Below are positions 12,801-22,431 of a stretch of DNA of 64,000 nt, in pieces. Each line of letters opens with the position of its first letter. The first letter of the stretch is position 1. The stretch covers positions 1-64,000 of the IMG/VR virus record IMGVR_UViG_3300024059_000003; one strand, written 5' to 3'. The notes below the pieces were generated by a model. That model did no database searches. It was not told the origin of the DNA and saw nothing but the letters and a program-made list of their open reading frames with translations. Both the position numbers and the translations under genes were made by a program. The stretch comes from an uncultured virus (IMG/VR IMGVR_UViG_3300024059_000003) (taxonomy: Duplodnaviria > Heunggongvirae > Uroviricota > Caudoviricetes).

Positions 12801-15800
12801 TCCATAACTCTTTTACCATCTGCATCTTCATAGAACTTAAGGACATCAGAAGCATAACCAGTCTTTCCATTGATAGTAGTCTTAGCTACACGATTAGACT
12901 CAAACAGAGAAGAAGGTATTTGTACCTTTTGTCCACCTGATATTTTAGGACGTATGATATTCTTCTGCACTATAGAGTATAAGATATTTCTAACTTGATT
13001 GTATGCAGGTGTGGCCTCTAATATAACATCACCCACTAAGAATCCATCAAGAGCAGAACTTATGTTATCATTAGTTTCTCTTTTAAATATCTCTTCACGC
13101 AAAGTTTTAGTAGCTGGAGCCATGTCTGTTAATTGAAGACCATTTGCTGTTTGTTTTATACCTAACTTTTTAAACAACTGATCAAGACCTTCCTTGGTCA
13201 TCTCATTAAGTAGCTCTGTGTTGTTGGCAACCTCTGCGTAAATGAGTGAAGCTTTCTGTTTTTGTTCTTCACTTAAACTAAACCATTGATCAAGTGTACC
13301 AGTGTAATCTATAGGTACACCATTATCTAATAAATCTAGAGTTAACAATTTAGTAATTTGACTAGCAAGTGTAACTCTACCATCTTCTTTTGATGGTACC
13401 TCCGATTGTATGCTCATTATATTAAAAGGAACATTTACGATGTTATCATAAACAGCATCATTAAATGACCCATCATCATTGTATGTAGCATGTGTTGGAC
13501 CAGCCCCAACCTTTCTACCAGACTCAAATATAATATAGTCTATGTCTTCCCTGAGCATTTTATCAAATAACTTAACGCCATTAGAGCCAGCGTTTAGTTC
13601 TTTCATAATTCTATAAGACAAAGGATACAGTGCATACTTATCTAACACTACATCGTTTGTATTATTTACATCAAAGTTTTCATTTAATCTAGCTCCAGAC
13701 ACAATAGGTTTTAATGTGGTGTATGCACTTTGTATACTAGGGTTACCTTCTTTTAAAAGATCTTTTTCTCTTTTAGTTAGTGTTTGATTTTTGTCTTTTT
13801 TATAAAAAGCAATATCATAACGGTATTGTTTCTCTTCTGCATCATTCCAATTGTTAGCTCGTATTCTTATTTCTCTATAAGCTTTAAATGTGATAATACC
13901 ACCACCATCGGTTTCTACCATTTCTTTATAATTAGGTAGATCTATAACACCTATAACATCTCCATGAGTTACAGTTCTTAATCCATCTTTGGTAAACTGT
14001 GTAAACCCAGGACTAAATTTATCAAAGTCTCTATTCCATAATCTGTTTGCGGATGCATTCCAATTAGGTGAATTAGATACTAGTGGTTGTCTAGGAGACA
14101 AGAAGCTCTTTGTACGCTTAAGTTCATCCTTATATTTGTATGGATCACCATAAAGAATCTTATGCATCTCTATGTTGGCAATAATATAATTAGCCTGTAG
14201 TACAATAAGTTTTCTATTCATATCTTGAATAGTCATATTAGTCATTCCTTGTACTCCATTTGCTGTGTACTTGTCTATGAGCTCTCCTGTTTTTTCGTTC
14301 TCTTGTTGTGTTATTACACCAAACCTCATTAAATAGTCAGCATACTGATCCTTACTATTTATTACATAACTAAAGGTGCTATCAACAATTTGATCTGCAT
14401 GTAAGTCATACACCTCTTCAGCTGAAAGTGAAGAGTCTAATATATTTACTTTTATATCTTTATGAATTTCTTCCCCCAATATGTCTTTAAAGAATCTAAG
14501 ATCAGTAGCATCTCTATCTCCTACTTTTGCTATAGCACGGTCCTCTCTAGCTAGATTAACTTCAGATATAAAGTATTCTCTCATTATAGTATTGAATACA
14601 ACATTGTTTTGAAGTAAGTCTCTTTCGGTTATAGGGTTACCCATTTCTAAAGTGTGCTCTAAAGAAGAGTCTCCAGGAACAAGGTTCATGTATATACCAC
14701 TAATGTTGTAATTTAGTTCTTGTCGAAGTCTATCAGGAAATTGAAGTCTACCTGATTTTTTAGAAGTGCCTTTTTGAGAGTTTAGTATACCACCAGCATA
14801 TCCAGGTTTAAACAAGTTAAGCTTGTCTGTTCTCAAGTTACCTTCTCTATCATACATTGAGTTTAATATAACAGACCCTTGAGAGAATGCATCTGTAAGT
14901 AAATAAGCATAAGGTGTACTACCTAGTTCTTCTTTATTGCTGACAGATGTCATAAAGTTATGAACTTCAGATGCTGTGTTAGGTCCAATATATGTTTGAG
15001 TTCTCTGTCCTTCTATATTAAAGTATGTACTACTTACCTCCGGATTAGCTATATCTACTTTTAACTCAGCTAAATTCAACAGACGTTTAGATAAATCTAA
15101 TGATTTAGTAGAGAATATTTTTAAATTCTTAGTATCCTGAATACTTTTCTTTATACCATTTACAGAAGAAGCAAATATTTTCTTTTGTGTTTGATTAAGT
15201 AATGCATACTCTTTTGAATTAAAAGGTATACCTAACTCATCTAAGAATCTAAACATATTGTTTAAGGTAGCTAAGGAGTATTTGCCCAACTTAACAGTAT
15301 CAGGATTAAATACACCATCTGTTTCTTTGAATATACCGTTACCTTGTTTAGACTTAGTTACAATAGAGTTTAGATACTGTTGTTGCATTTGTCTAGATGC
15401 TAAAGATAAATTAGCATCTGTCAAAGCAGTTTCACCGTTCTCTAAAACCATCACCATCTTAACTGAAGGATCTTGTAACTTGAAGGTTTTCCAAAGTGCA
15501 GTGGCTAATGTAAGCTCGTGTGTTTCATTAAGTGTTCTAAAATCAAATGTACCTTCATTAGCATTTTGTTTTGTAATACGTTTATAAAGTGCATTGTAAT
15601 TAGGGTCACTGATAGCTATAGATCTAAGTCTTTCTATCATGTCTTCCATGCTAGTGGAAGAAGATAACTGCTCTAGTAATGTAATGTATACTTGTGTAGT
15701 TGGTAAAAGTTTAACACCGTTAATAGCACTAGGACTAAACCTTATGTCACCATTATCGTTGACATTAACTATAGGAAGTGTTCCCATTAACAATCTTAGG

Positions 15801-18800
15801 GCTACATTAGTTTTCTTGAAGTTGTCTATTTGAGTTGCATCTAGATTAAATCCTTTGTTAGACATGTCTTCAGAAGCCATACTCATAGCACCTTCATCAA
15901 AAGTAACTCCAAAGGATCTCATGTACTCTTTGTGTTTCTTTACAATATCAGGCCATGAAGTACTAATGTTCTGCATAAGAGAAACAGTGTCTTGCAGTCT
16001 TACATCTCTTTCTTCGGACTGTGGTAAAGACTCTAGAGTTTTTACTATTTGTGCAGTTGATGCTAATACTTCTCCTTTTAATCTTGTATATAAAACATCT
16101 TCATTAAGTAATGCATTCTTAATATTGAATAAGCTCTGATTGTTTTTGATTAAATCTCTAAGTGTGAGATATGTCATGTGCTGGATAGTGTCATGCGTAA
16201 CAACATCACTTAACCCTGCCACTCTAAACACAGCATTGTTTCCTGGTATTGCAAAGTCAACAGTGTTGTTTGAAATGTCTAGATTAAAAGGACCAAGATC
16301 TTCGTAAGATTCACCAAAGAATTCAAAACCACCTCCATCAATCTTGTTAAACAACTCATCAGTATAAGTTTGTGACTGTGGACTAATAAACCATTTTTCA
16401 ATAAGATCCTTTAATTGTTTAAATAATCTAGAAAAGAAACCACCTTCTGGTTTTTTCTTGTCTTGTATATAATCTCTAAAGTCTTCTGCTAACTGTTCTC
16501 TCATTTGATCCAGTGTAGCATCTTTATGCTTAACTGTTCTGCCGGTTGGTCTATCTACAAAGCTTCCTCTACGAGATTTAAACTCGTTAAATAGTTTCTC
16601 TTTTTCTTGAGGAAATAAGAATTGTGCAAAGACAGCTTCAAATGCTTCATGATAGACTGTACCTACTTCTGCATTTTCATATACATATATACTATTGTTT
16701 TCAAAGAATCCCCATGCTTTTTTTCCACCTTTAGTTTTTATTACATTCTTAACTCTGTTGAAATTAACACCAGGTAAATTCTTAGACATCCATGCTCTTG
16801 CATCTTTCCAGTTTTCCTCACTCATTGCTTCTACAGAATCAGTAATAACCTCACGTAGAACTTCATTGTTCATGTTATTCTGACCACGCTCTAATGCAGC
16901 TTTAACATCATCATCTAGTTGCTGATCTCTAGATTTTTGTAACTCTGCAAATTGTTCAGGAGAAATCTGAACTGACATTTCTGCTTCTTCTTTCTTAAGT
17001 TTTGCAAGAGCAGGACTAATATAATTATATATTGGACCTTTTATTTCATTTTTATCTTTACCACTCTTTTCAAATAACGCTACTATTTCTGCTAAGTCAC
17101 CTCCTTCAATCAACTGTATCTTCTTTTTATAGTTTGATATTGTAGTATCAGCAGGTGCTCTAAAGATTAACTTCTTACCTTCTGGACTAGTATATGTATT
17201 AGCAGTTTGACCATCTAATACAATACGTTCTGCATCAGGAGTCACCTTAATTACTTCACTACTTTGTTGTGCTGTGTCAGCTGGTGGTATTTCAGATATA
17301 AAGTCTCCAGCACTATCTTCATTTACAAAGTATACACCTTTTCTATTAACCTCTTCACTGTCTTTTATAACAGGTTTCATTGTAGTATGTAGAGGAAGTT
17401 CGAAGTCTTCTCTAACACCACCCCCTGGAATATTTTTAGATAGTAGGTAGGTTTGATAGTTTGGCCAAACGATAGACTCTACATTTCCTTCCTCACTAAC
17501 TGATGTGATTTGTTCGAACTCTTGGTCTAGTTTCTGTGTATATGCATTATCTATATTGTTATACATCTGCCCTAGAGTATCAATAATAAGTTGTTTACTT
17601 TTATCTAAACTAGCAGGTCTTAAATCTATTTTTGTGTTAGGTCCTATTTGTAAAACTAACTTACTAAAAGATAAACCTTTTACAGTTGTGCTTTCTTCTC
17701 TTTCAAAGAACACACTATTCTGACCTGTGTCTTTTCTTTTACCCTGAGCATCTTTTGGTATACCCCAATAGGTAACACCTTTTAAGAAGTTCAACATTCT
17801 TACAGACATGTCACTATTAGCACCTTGATCTGGATCAACTATTTGTTTAGATAATGTATACAATGCATCAAATATAGCTTCAGCCTCAGATGTAGTATGT
17901 CTCCTATTTCTAAGTTTTACATAACCATTAGGTAAATCTAAATACACACTACCTAAAGGTTGACTATATGCAACTGTTCCTTTAAATATGTTCTTGTTTG
18001 TAGTAGGAATAAATATGACTTGATCTTTAGATAGATCCTCTTCTGCAATAAGGTCTGCTTCTACAACAGATGTAGCACTAAACACATCATTGTCTTTAGA
18101 ATCTTTCTCATACTGAGGAACACCAAACGATGCTTCAATATTAAAAGGTGCACCTATCATAGTTCTGTCTAGAATACCTTTTCTGAAGACCCCAAACTGT
18201 TTTTTAATTTCAGCTGTTTCTGCATTCTCCTCTCTAAACATACTACCTTTACTGTTTGTGAGATCTGCTTCAGGCAGAACTTGGTATATAGCATTGTCTA
18301 GCTTACTTTGATTTTTACCAATAGCTTGACCGTTCACATCTACTAGATTACCTGCAGCATCTATCATCACCATGATAATAATACTGTCACCAAACTTATC
18401 CATAAGTTCCTGATTACCATCATCAAGTATTCTTTCAACTACACCATCTAGTAATTGATCTTGTGTAGCACGTGTAACATATACACCACGAATTTGATTT
18501 CTGTTTTCAAACTTATTTAAGTTTACTCCAAACCTATTAGCTCTAATATGATGATCTTGTACTTCACCTGCAGGTTGTCCTATACTAGCTCTTGGTACTA
18601 CGTCATTAGACTTTTTAGGAATAGGACTAAATGACTTTGGTTCAGCTTCTATAACAGGACTATTAGTTTGTGTATTTAATAGTTGAGCTTGTAATTTAAG
18701 ATCCTTAGATAGTTTATCTTGCTGTGCCTGTTCTTGTACATACTCATCTATTATTCTTTGAAACCTATCTGCTATTACTTTCTTAGCCTTGTATTCTCCC

Positions 18801-21800
18801 CTTAGACTTTCCAGCTGCTCTTCAAGTTCCTTAATACTTTCCATAGCATCAAACACGCCTCTTTCTCCTACACTGGTATCTAATTGTATATCGTTAGTTA
18901 GATTAAAGTTTGCCAACTCTTGTTTGAGCAAAGGCCAGACATTAACTAAGTCTTCCCCTTTAGCAGCTTTATCTAAAAGCTCTTTCATATAATCACCATA
19001 ATCTTGGTCAAATACATACGTGGTTTCTAGAGCACTTCTAAGTAACTTGCTTGCTTCTTTTGCAGCTTTAATTATTGCTGTTGCTAACTTTTGATTTTCA
19101 GCTATTTCTTTCTTTACAGCCTTTCCGTTTTGTTCTAGTAAATTAATTTGATCTTTTAGTTCCTGTAAAAACTCTCCAGTGTTTCCTGGTAGATCTAATA
19201 AGTCTGTTTCAAATGCTTCGAAATAAGATATGTTAAACTCCTGCTCTTCTTGTTCTTTAGACAACTGTTGAATACGAAGTGCTGTATCATCTTGCATTTC
19301 TGTCAACTTGTTCAGAGCTCTTGTAAAGTTTTTCTGTGCATTAGAATACTTTAATTTGATTCTAGGACCACCTTCACGCATTTCATATATAGCACTTATA
19401 TCTTTGTTGACATCAGCTAACTTCTTCTTATCTTTTTCTAACTGTTTGTTTATCTCCTCTAGCCTTCTTTTAGATTCAACACCTAAGTCATTCATTATCT
19501 TAAGCCTGTTCTCTCTGTTCTGTGCAAGAGTTTGTTCGTTCTTTGCTAACTCTTCTGCAGACAGGAATTGAATAGTTGCATCTTTTTGAGATTGAGTGAC
19601 AGTTCCTACTGGTCTTATTCTAGCTTCATTATATCCTTCTTGAGGTATAAAGAATTTATTTGCTAATTGTTTTTTGAGGACTGTACCATTAGCATCTTTA
19701 TATACAAACAATAACTTACCATTATCATACTGTAATCTTCCTCTTCTTTTACCACCAAAGTTCTTTCCGAAGTTAAATTCAAATATATTGTTTCTGTGTC
19801 TGAAGTAGAAGTTTGCGGTTTTATTATAATTTACTGTTTCAAAAGGTGCCACCTTATAATCTATAAGTACATCAGGAGATATAGTTTTAGTTTCACCAGC
19901 TGGTGTTTTTATTTCTATACTACCATCTTCTTTCTTTCCAATAACAGTGAAGTTAGGAATTACCACTGGCTCATCTAGTGGTGTATCTTTTAAGAAGTTT
20001 ACACCTTGTCCTACAAAATATTGCTGTCCTGCTTGTAGAGTCTTTTCTCCATTCTTTGTTTGAACAACTATGCTTTCAGTTACATCATTAATGTCCTGTG
20101 TTATATCTGTCTCTGCCGGTCTTACATCAAATTCCTTAGGGTTGGTTTTTATATCCTCGTACTCTTGGAGAAGTTCTTCTCTCATTTTAGCTATAGTAGC
20201 TACATCATTTAACTTTTGTCCTAGTGTATCTTTTGTGTCTGAAATTACATCTAGATTACTTATTTCCTCAACTGCTGCGTTAAAGCTTTCAGCCTTATTA
20301 TTTAATACATCTTGAATGATTGTATTAACATCGATATTAGGCAATGCAGTTTGAAGTTCTTGTGTAAGCTGAGGTATACGTGTGTCAAAGTCTGTAATCA
20401 TACTAGCTGTATATAACATCTTATCCATTACAGCTGGTCCGTATACACGTCTTTGTTTTCCATCTGGACCCTCTTCTGTTATACCTCCGTATCTCAAGTT
20501 TAAAGACTGGTAAAGACTTAATGTACTTTCAGCTGTATTTTTAAACCTCTGCATACGTGCAAGAAATGCATCTCTAGTATCACCCTCTTGTATCTTACCT
20601 TCAGCCTGAAGTTGAGCAAACCCTTGTTCTGTTTGTGCTAAGTTTATAACATCTGCAATCTCTTGTTGCACCATGTCGTATCTTCCATACTTTATTCTAG
20701 GAGTTAGATAATTAACTATATACTGTAACTCTAGATTCTTGTAAGCTAACTCATCTCCCATACGAGCTGCTGTTTCTATTTCTTGTCCTATAACCCCTGC
20801 TCTATTTACAGCATCTATAGTACCATTTGTAAAATCAGAGAAGGTGTAAGGCTTACCAGTGATTGGGTTTAATCTATTAAGTGCTTGTAATGCTGCTTGT
20901 GTATTAGATTCTCTTGCACTGTTTCTTCGGTATCTTCCTCTACCAGTCATTATAGAACCAGACAGTCCACCGATTAGTGCATTCTTAGCTCCCTCATCAC
21001 TAAACACACCTTTAGTCACTGCTGCACCAGCTGAGTCTAACCAAGAGGTTGCTTCATTATTATACTTCTTATTATAATAATCTTGAGATCCTACACTAGC
21101 ACCAAACTGTCCCACCTCTTCTGCAGCTTCTGTAGCTGAAAAAAGGTAAGGTCTAATTTTATTTACTCTGGCTAATACAGGATGTATCTTACTTACTTTC
21201 TCAGTATACTTACCACCTTTATATACTATTTCATCTGTTTCTCTTACTAAGCTGTTGATCGCACCTTTGTCTCCTTTATATGTGAAGCGTCCTATACGTG
21301 GAAACATAACGTAGTTACTTGCACTTAAGATTCCTACATTTGTCCAGAATGAAGCATTCCCTGCACCATCAGCAGCATCATTAATTACTTCTAGTGCTTC
21401 AGAGCCTGGTGTTACTCCATACTCATCTTCATATTCTTTTATTAATTTATCTCTAAATTCATTTGAATTATGTAAAGCTTCAATGCCTGCCTCACCGCTT
21501 GTTGCAAGACCTGCAACTACAGCTCGTTGTCCTGGGTTTAATATATTATATTGTGTTAGTAAATTATCAGACAATGCCTTCACCTCACCATACACTCCAG
21601 CTCCTTTACCTGCTGCACTTAATCCTTTTTCTGTGGCTGCAACTGTCTCAGCAGCTTTACCTACACTAACTAATTTAGCTGAAGGTATTACTGATGTCAT
21701 AGCTTTTGTTGCAAGATTTATACCTCTACTAAACACACCACCGGACGCATATGCACCTGCTGCAAATCCTAAGTTTTTAACTACACCATCCCATAAAAAG

Positions 21801-22423
21801 TTTCCTGTTAGCAAATAGTCAGGACTATACCACTTAGCATCTCTTTCTCTTTGTGTATAATAGTTTGGAAACTGATCTTCTGACCATTTATTAACTGAGT
21901 CAAGTTTTCTATTAAATTCATTATCATAGAATGAAGCAAACCTACCATCAGAGATTGCTTTATATGTTCCGTTTACTAGCCCTACGGTACTTTGTAGAAA
22001 TGTATTAACTGCAAGTATGGATCCTTTGGTAACACCATTAACAGCTTTACTACCAAAACTTTGATACTTTGCAGCAAGCTCTTCGTTGTCCACACCCATA
22101 GAAGTTGGTTGAAAATAATCATACCTTCCAGATCCTTCATACTCATCTTGAGTTGTTATCCTACTTCCTGCACCTTTATTACCAGGTCTTGATGTTTCTT
22201 GAATAAGATCGTTAAGTCCACCTTTTCTAGGTGCCATCATTGGACTACTAGGAGTATATTGAGAACGACCTTGAAGATTAGAAAACATATTAGGAGGAGG
22301 GGTATACCCACCAAACTGTGCATCAAATGACCCAAAGTCTAACTGAGGGGTAATAGGACTTGTAGCCATTGGTGGTATGTTAACTCCTTGTTGAGCTTTT
22401 TTAAGATCTTTTTTACTTGCCAT
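9893..22423 (-). CDS. Virion-packaged two-barrel RNA polymerase polyprotein (4176 aa)
   Basis: GSDFDIDK catalytic motif at ~12560-12580 preceded by FRIPTQ; TDGGG and ESGRKVG upstream; N-terminal Gly/Ala-rich hydrophobic helices and coiled coil; position typical of crAss-like vRNAP. Confidence 0.9.
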   Translation of the reverse strand: MASKKDLKKAQQGVNIPPMATSPITPQLDFGSFDAQFGGYTPPPNMFSNLQGRSQYTPSSPMMAPRKGGLNDLIQETSRPGNKGAGSRITTQDEYEGSGRYDYFQPTSMGVDNEELAAKYQSFGSKAVNGVTKGSILAVNTFLQSTVGLVNGTYKAISDGRFASFYDNEFNRKLDSVNKWSEDQFPNYYTQRERDAKWYSPDYLLTGNFLWDGVVKNLGFAAGAYASGGVFSRGINLATKAMTSVIPSAKLVSVGKAAETVAATEKGLSAAGKGAGVYGEVKALSDNLLTQYNILNPGQRAVVAGLATSGEAGIEALHNSNEFRDKLIKEYEDEYGVTPGSEALEVINDAADGAGNASFWTNVGILSASNYVMFPRIGRFTYKGDKGAINSLVRETDEIVYKGGKYTEKVSKIHPVLARVNKIRPYLFSATEAAEEVGQFGASVGSQDYYNKKYNNEATSWLDSAGAAVTKGVFSDEGAKNALIGGLSGSIMTGRGRYRRNSARESNTQAALQALNRLNPITGKPYTFSDFTNGTIDAVNRAGVIGQEIETAARMGDELAYKNLELQYIVNYLTPRIKYGRYDMVQQEIADVINLAQTEQGFAQLQAEGKIQEGDTRDAFLARMQRFKNTAESTLSLYQSLNLRYGGITEEGPDGKQRRVYGPAVMDKMLYTASMITDFDTRIPQLTQELQTALPNIDVNTIIQDVLNNKAESFNAAVEEISNLDVISDTKDTLGQKLNDVATIAKMREELLQEYEDIKTNPKEFDVRPAETDITQDINDVTESIVVQTKNGEKTLQAGQQYFVGQGVNFLKDTPLDEPVVIPNFTVIGKKEDGSIEIKTPAGETKTISPDVLIDYKVAPFETVNYNKTANFYFRHRNNIFEFNFGKNFGGKRRGRLQYDNGKLLFVYKDANGTVLKKQLANKFFIPQEGYNEARIRPVGTVTQSQKDATIQFLSAEELAKNEQTLAQNRENRLKIMNDLGVESKRRLEEINKQLEKDKKKLADVNKDISAIYEMREGGPRIKLKYSNAQKNFTRALNKLTEMQDDTALRIQQLSKEQEEQEFNISYFEAFETDLLDLPGNTGEFLQELKDQINLLEQNGKAVKKEIAENQKLATAIIKAAKEASKLLRSALETTYVFDQDYGDYMKELLDKAAKGEDLVNVWPLLKQELANFNLTNDIQLDTSVGERGVFDAMESIKELEEQLESLRGEYKAKKVIADRFQRIIDEYVQEQAQQDKLSKDLKLQAQLLNTQTNSPVIEAEPKSFSPIPKKSNDVVPRASIGQPAGEVQDHHIRANRFGVNLNKFENRNQIRGVYVTRATQDQLLDGVVERILDDGNQELMDKFGDSIIIMVMIDAAGNLVDVNGQAIGKNQSKLDNAIYQVLPEADLTNSKGSMFREENAETAEIKKQFGVFRKGILDRTMIGAPFNIEASFGVPQYEKDSKDNDVFSATSVVEADLIAEEDLSKDQVIFIPTTNKNIFKGTVAYSQPLGSVYLDLPNGYVKLRNRRHTTSEAEAIFDALYTLSKQIVDPDQGANSDMSVRMLNFLKGVTYWGIPKDAQGKRKDTGQNSVFFEREESTTVKGLSFSKLVLQIGPNTKIDLRPASLDKSKQLIIDTLGQMYNNIDNAYTQKLDQEFEQITSVSEEGNVESIVWPNYQTYLLSKNIPGGGVREDFELPLHTTMKPVIKDSEEVNRKGVYFVNEDSAGDFISEIPPADTAQQSSEVIKVTPDAERIVLDGQTANTYTSPEGKKLIFRAPADTTISNYKKKIQLIEGGDLAEIVALFEKSGKDKNEIKGPIYNYISPALAKLKKEEAEMSVQISPEQFAELQKSRDQQLDDDVKAALERGQNNMNNEVLREVITDSVEAMSEENWKDARAWMSKNLPGVNFNRVKNVIKTKGGKKAWGFFENNSIYVYENAEVGTVYHEAFEAVFAQFLFPQEKEKLFNEFKSRRGSFVDRPTGRTVKHKDATLDQMREQLAEDFRDYIQDKKKPEGGFFSRLFKQLKDLIEKWFISPQSQTYTDELFNKIDGGGFEFFGESYEDLGPFNLDISNNTVDFAIPGNNAVFRVAGLSDVVTHDTIQHMTYLTLRDLIKNNQSLFNIKNALLNEDVLYTRLKGEVLASTAQIVKTLESLPQSEERDVRLQDTVSLMQNISTSWPDIVKKHKEYMRSFGVTFDEGAMSMASEDMSNKGFNLDATQIDNFKKTNVALRLLMGTLPIVNVNDNGDIRFSPSAINGVKLLPTTQVYITLLEQLSSSTSMEDMIERLRSIAISDPNYNALYKRITKQNANEGTFDFRTLNETHELTLATALWKTFKLQDPSVKMVMVLENGETALTDANLSLASRQMQQQYLNSIVTKSKQGNGIFKETDGVFNPDTVKLGKYSLATLNNMFRFLDELGIPFNSKEYALLNQTQKKIFASSVNGIKKSIQDTKNLKIFSTKSLDLSKRLLNLAELKVDIANPEVSSTYFNIEGQRTQTYIGPNTASEVHNFMTSVSNKEELGSTPYAYLLTDAFSQGSVILNSMYDREGNLRTDKLNLFKPGYAGGILNSQKGTSKKSGRLQFPDRLRQELNYNISGIYMNLVPGDSSLEHTLEMGNPITERDLLQNNVVFNTIMREYFISEVNLAREDRAIAKVGDRDATDLRFFKDILGEEIHKDIKVNILDSSLSAEEVYDLHADQIVDSTFSYVINSKDQYADYLMRFGVITQQENEKTGELIDKYTANGVQGMTNMTIQDMNRKLIVLQANYIIANIEMHKILYGDPYKYKDELKRTKSFLSPRQPLVSNSPNWNASANRLWNRDFDKFSPGFTQFTKDGLRTVTHGDVIGVIDLPNYKEMVETDGGGIITFKAYREIRIRANNWNDAEEKQYRYDIAFYKKDKNQTLTKREKDLLKEGNPSIQSAYTTLKPIVSGARLNENFDVNNTNDVVLDKYALYPLSYRIMKELNAGSNGVKLFDKMLREDIDYIIFESGRKVGAGPTHATYNDDGSFNDAVYDNIVNVPFNIMSIQSEVPSKEDGRVTLASQITKLLTLDLLDNGVPIDYTGTLDQWFSLSEEQKQKASLIYAEVANNTELLNEMTKEGLDQLFKKLGIKQTANGLQLTDMAPATKTLREEIFKRETNDNISSALDGFLVGDVILEATPAYNQVRNILYSIVQKNIIRPKISGGQKVQIPSSLFESNRVAKTTINGKTGYASDVLKFYEDADGKRVMEVMVGRWFSNMGMTDAELLDYLNNTEEGQELLTGVAFRIPTQKQNSIDAIRIKQFLPKEFGDNVVVPAAIVEKVGSDFDIDKLFMYLKNAVVVNGKLQEVPFYGYGDQAKKRFEELYDSGALLNKAQQKELNQRIKDFESGELEGELIEAIFGETFDNQDVIDDYMFELQEKGIRQTVVDRMYSRSLENQYIKSTENIITLPENFERLIVPNDASQLKALSEEIVDKTRTGAFDYSNIGNLLDKRFMSRLRNAFVQGKRGIGIAAVNQTNLALNQHSLLYVKPEQIKFRRKNTVNIPGVGEAVSLSGVKNAAGDFISDINGQVIDGMVDISAGPWIIELGMTPATSSTWLYLIKAGVPVDTVSYFMNQPIVRDYLRRIEESGYTWLFIEDFANELKEDKYGSPSELTEKESELLPFRDYLRSQLGKPNMSNKEKAYQRFILDEFISYAEQARDLFTLTQGTNWDTTTFNDPYLVFKKQAQLSKAISLTERVDPVFYAMNNKGESVSAAMALIDNTFLKETVSSLLEAREAMSLMLTSDQSTTRDILQNVLLPYTNLPDSEFIKVSRRAVNSLYDYAVQTDQQLNMMLKTMLVDNDGTAGEVASLVTEVLGNPKHPLYGNQVIQLLETDPSKRSGDTPNNIKLRNNNRKVYEQNTIIYAFRELKQNIDPALYKKIIVTGILQSGLDNSQISFTSLMPYEDFQEIYNQTLSRLDKIDTLDDFYTLNMFERNNWASSTGIVPQERARWIQQQNGMYVYNPAMAYLPKGVKASVASGAIPQVMTLSTGSRAAQSDLVTFSWNNPNFDAKERKEMASKGDYSFINKGLFKKVRGNSISMLPTADPFIHSYTKKGESEPKLYFVYKHVNALGDGYRAKEYYTGPRPSVFDNGTVKADEKHDSSIIEAFNNKGKTRNAPTQSVAPNKLMFDKKGDMVQLGRTGSKEFNISEINVPMLLDLGYTEDQAGEIFKLICK

Positions 22424-22431
22424 AATATCTT

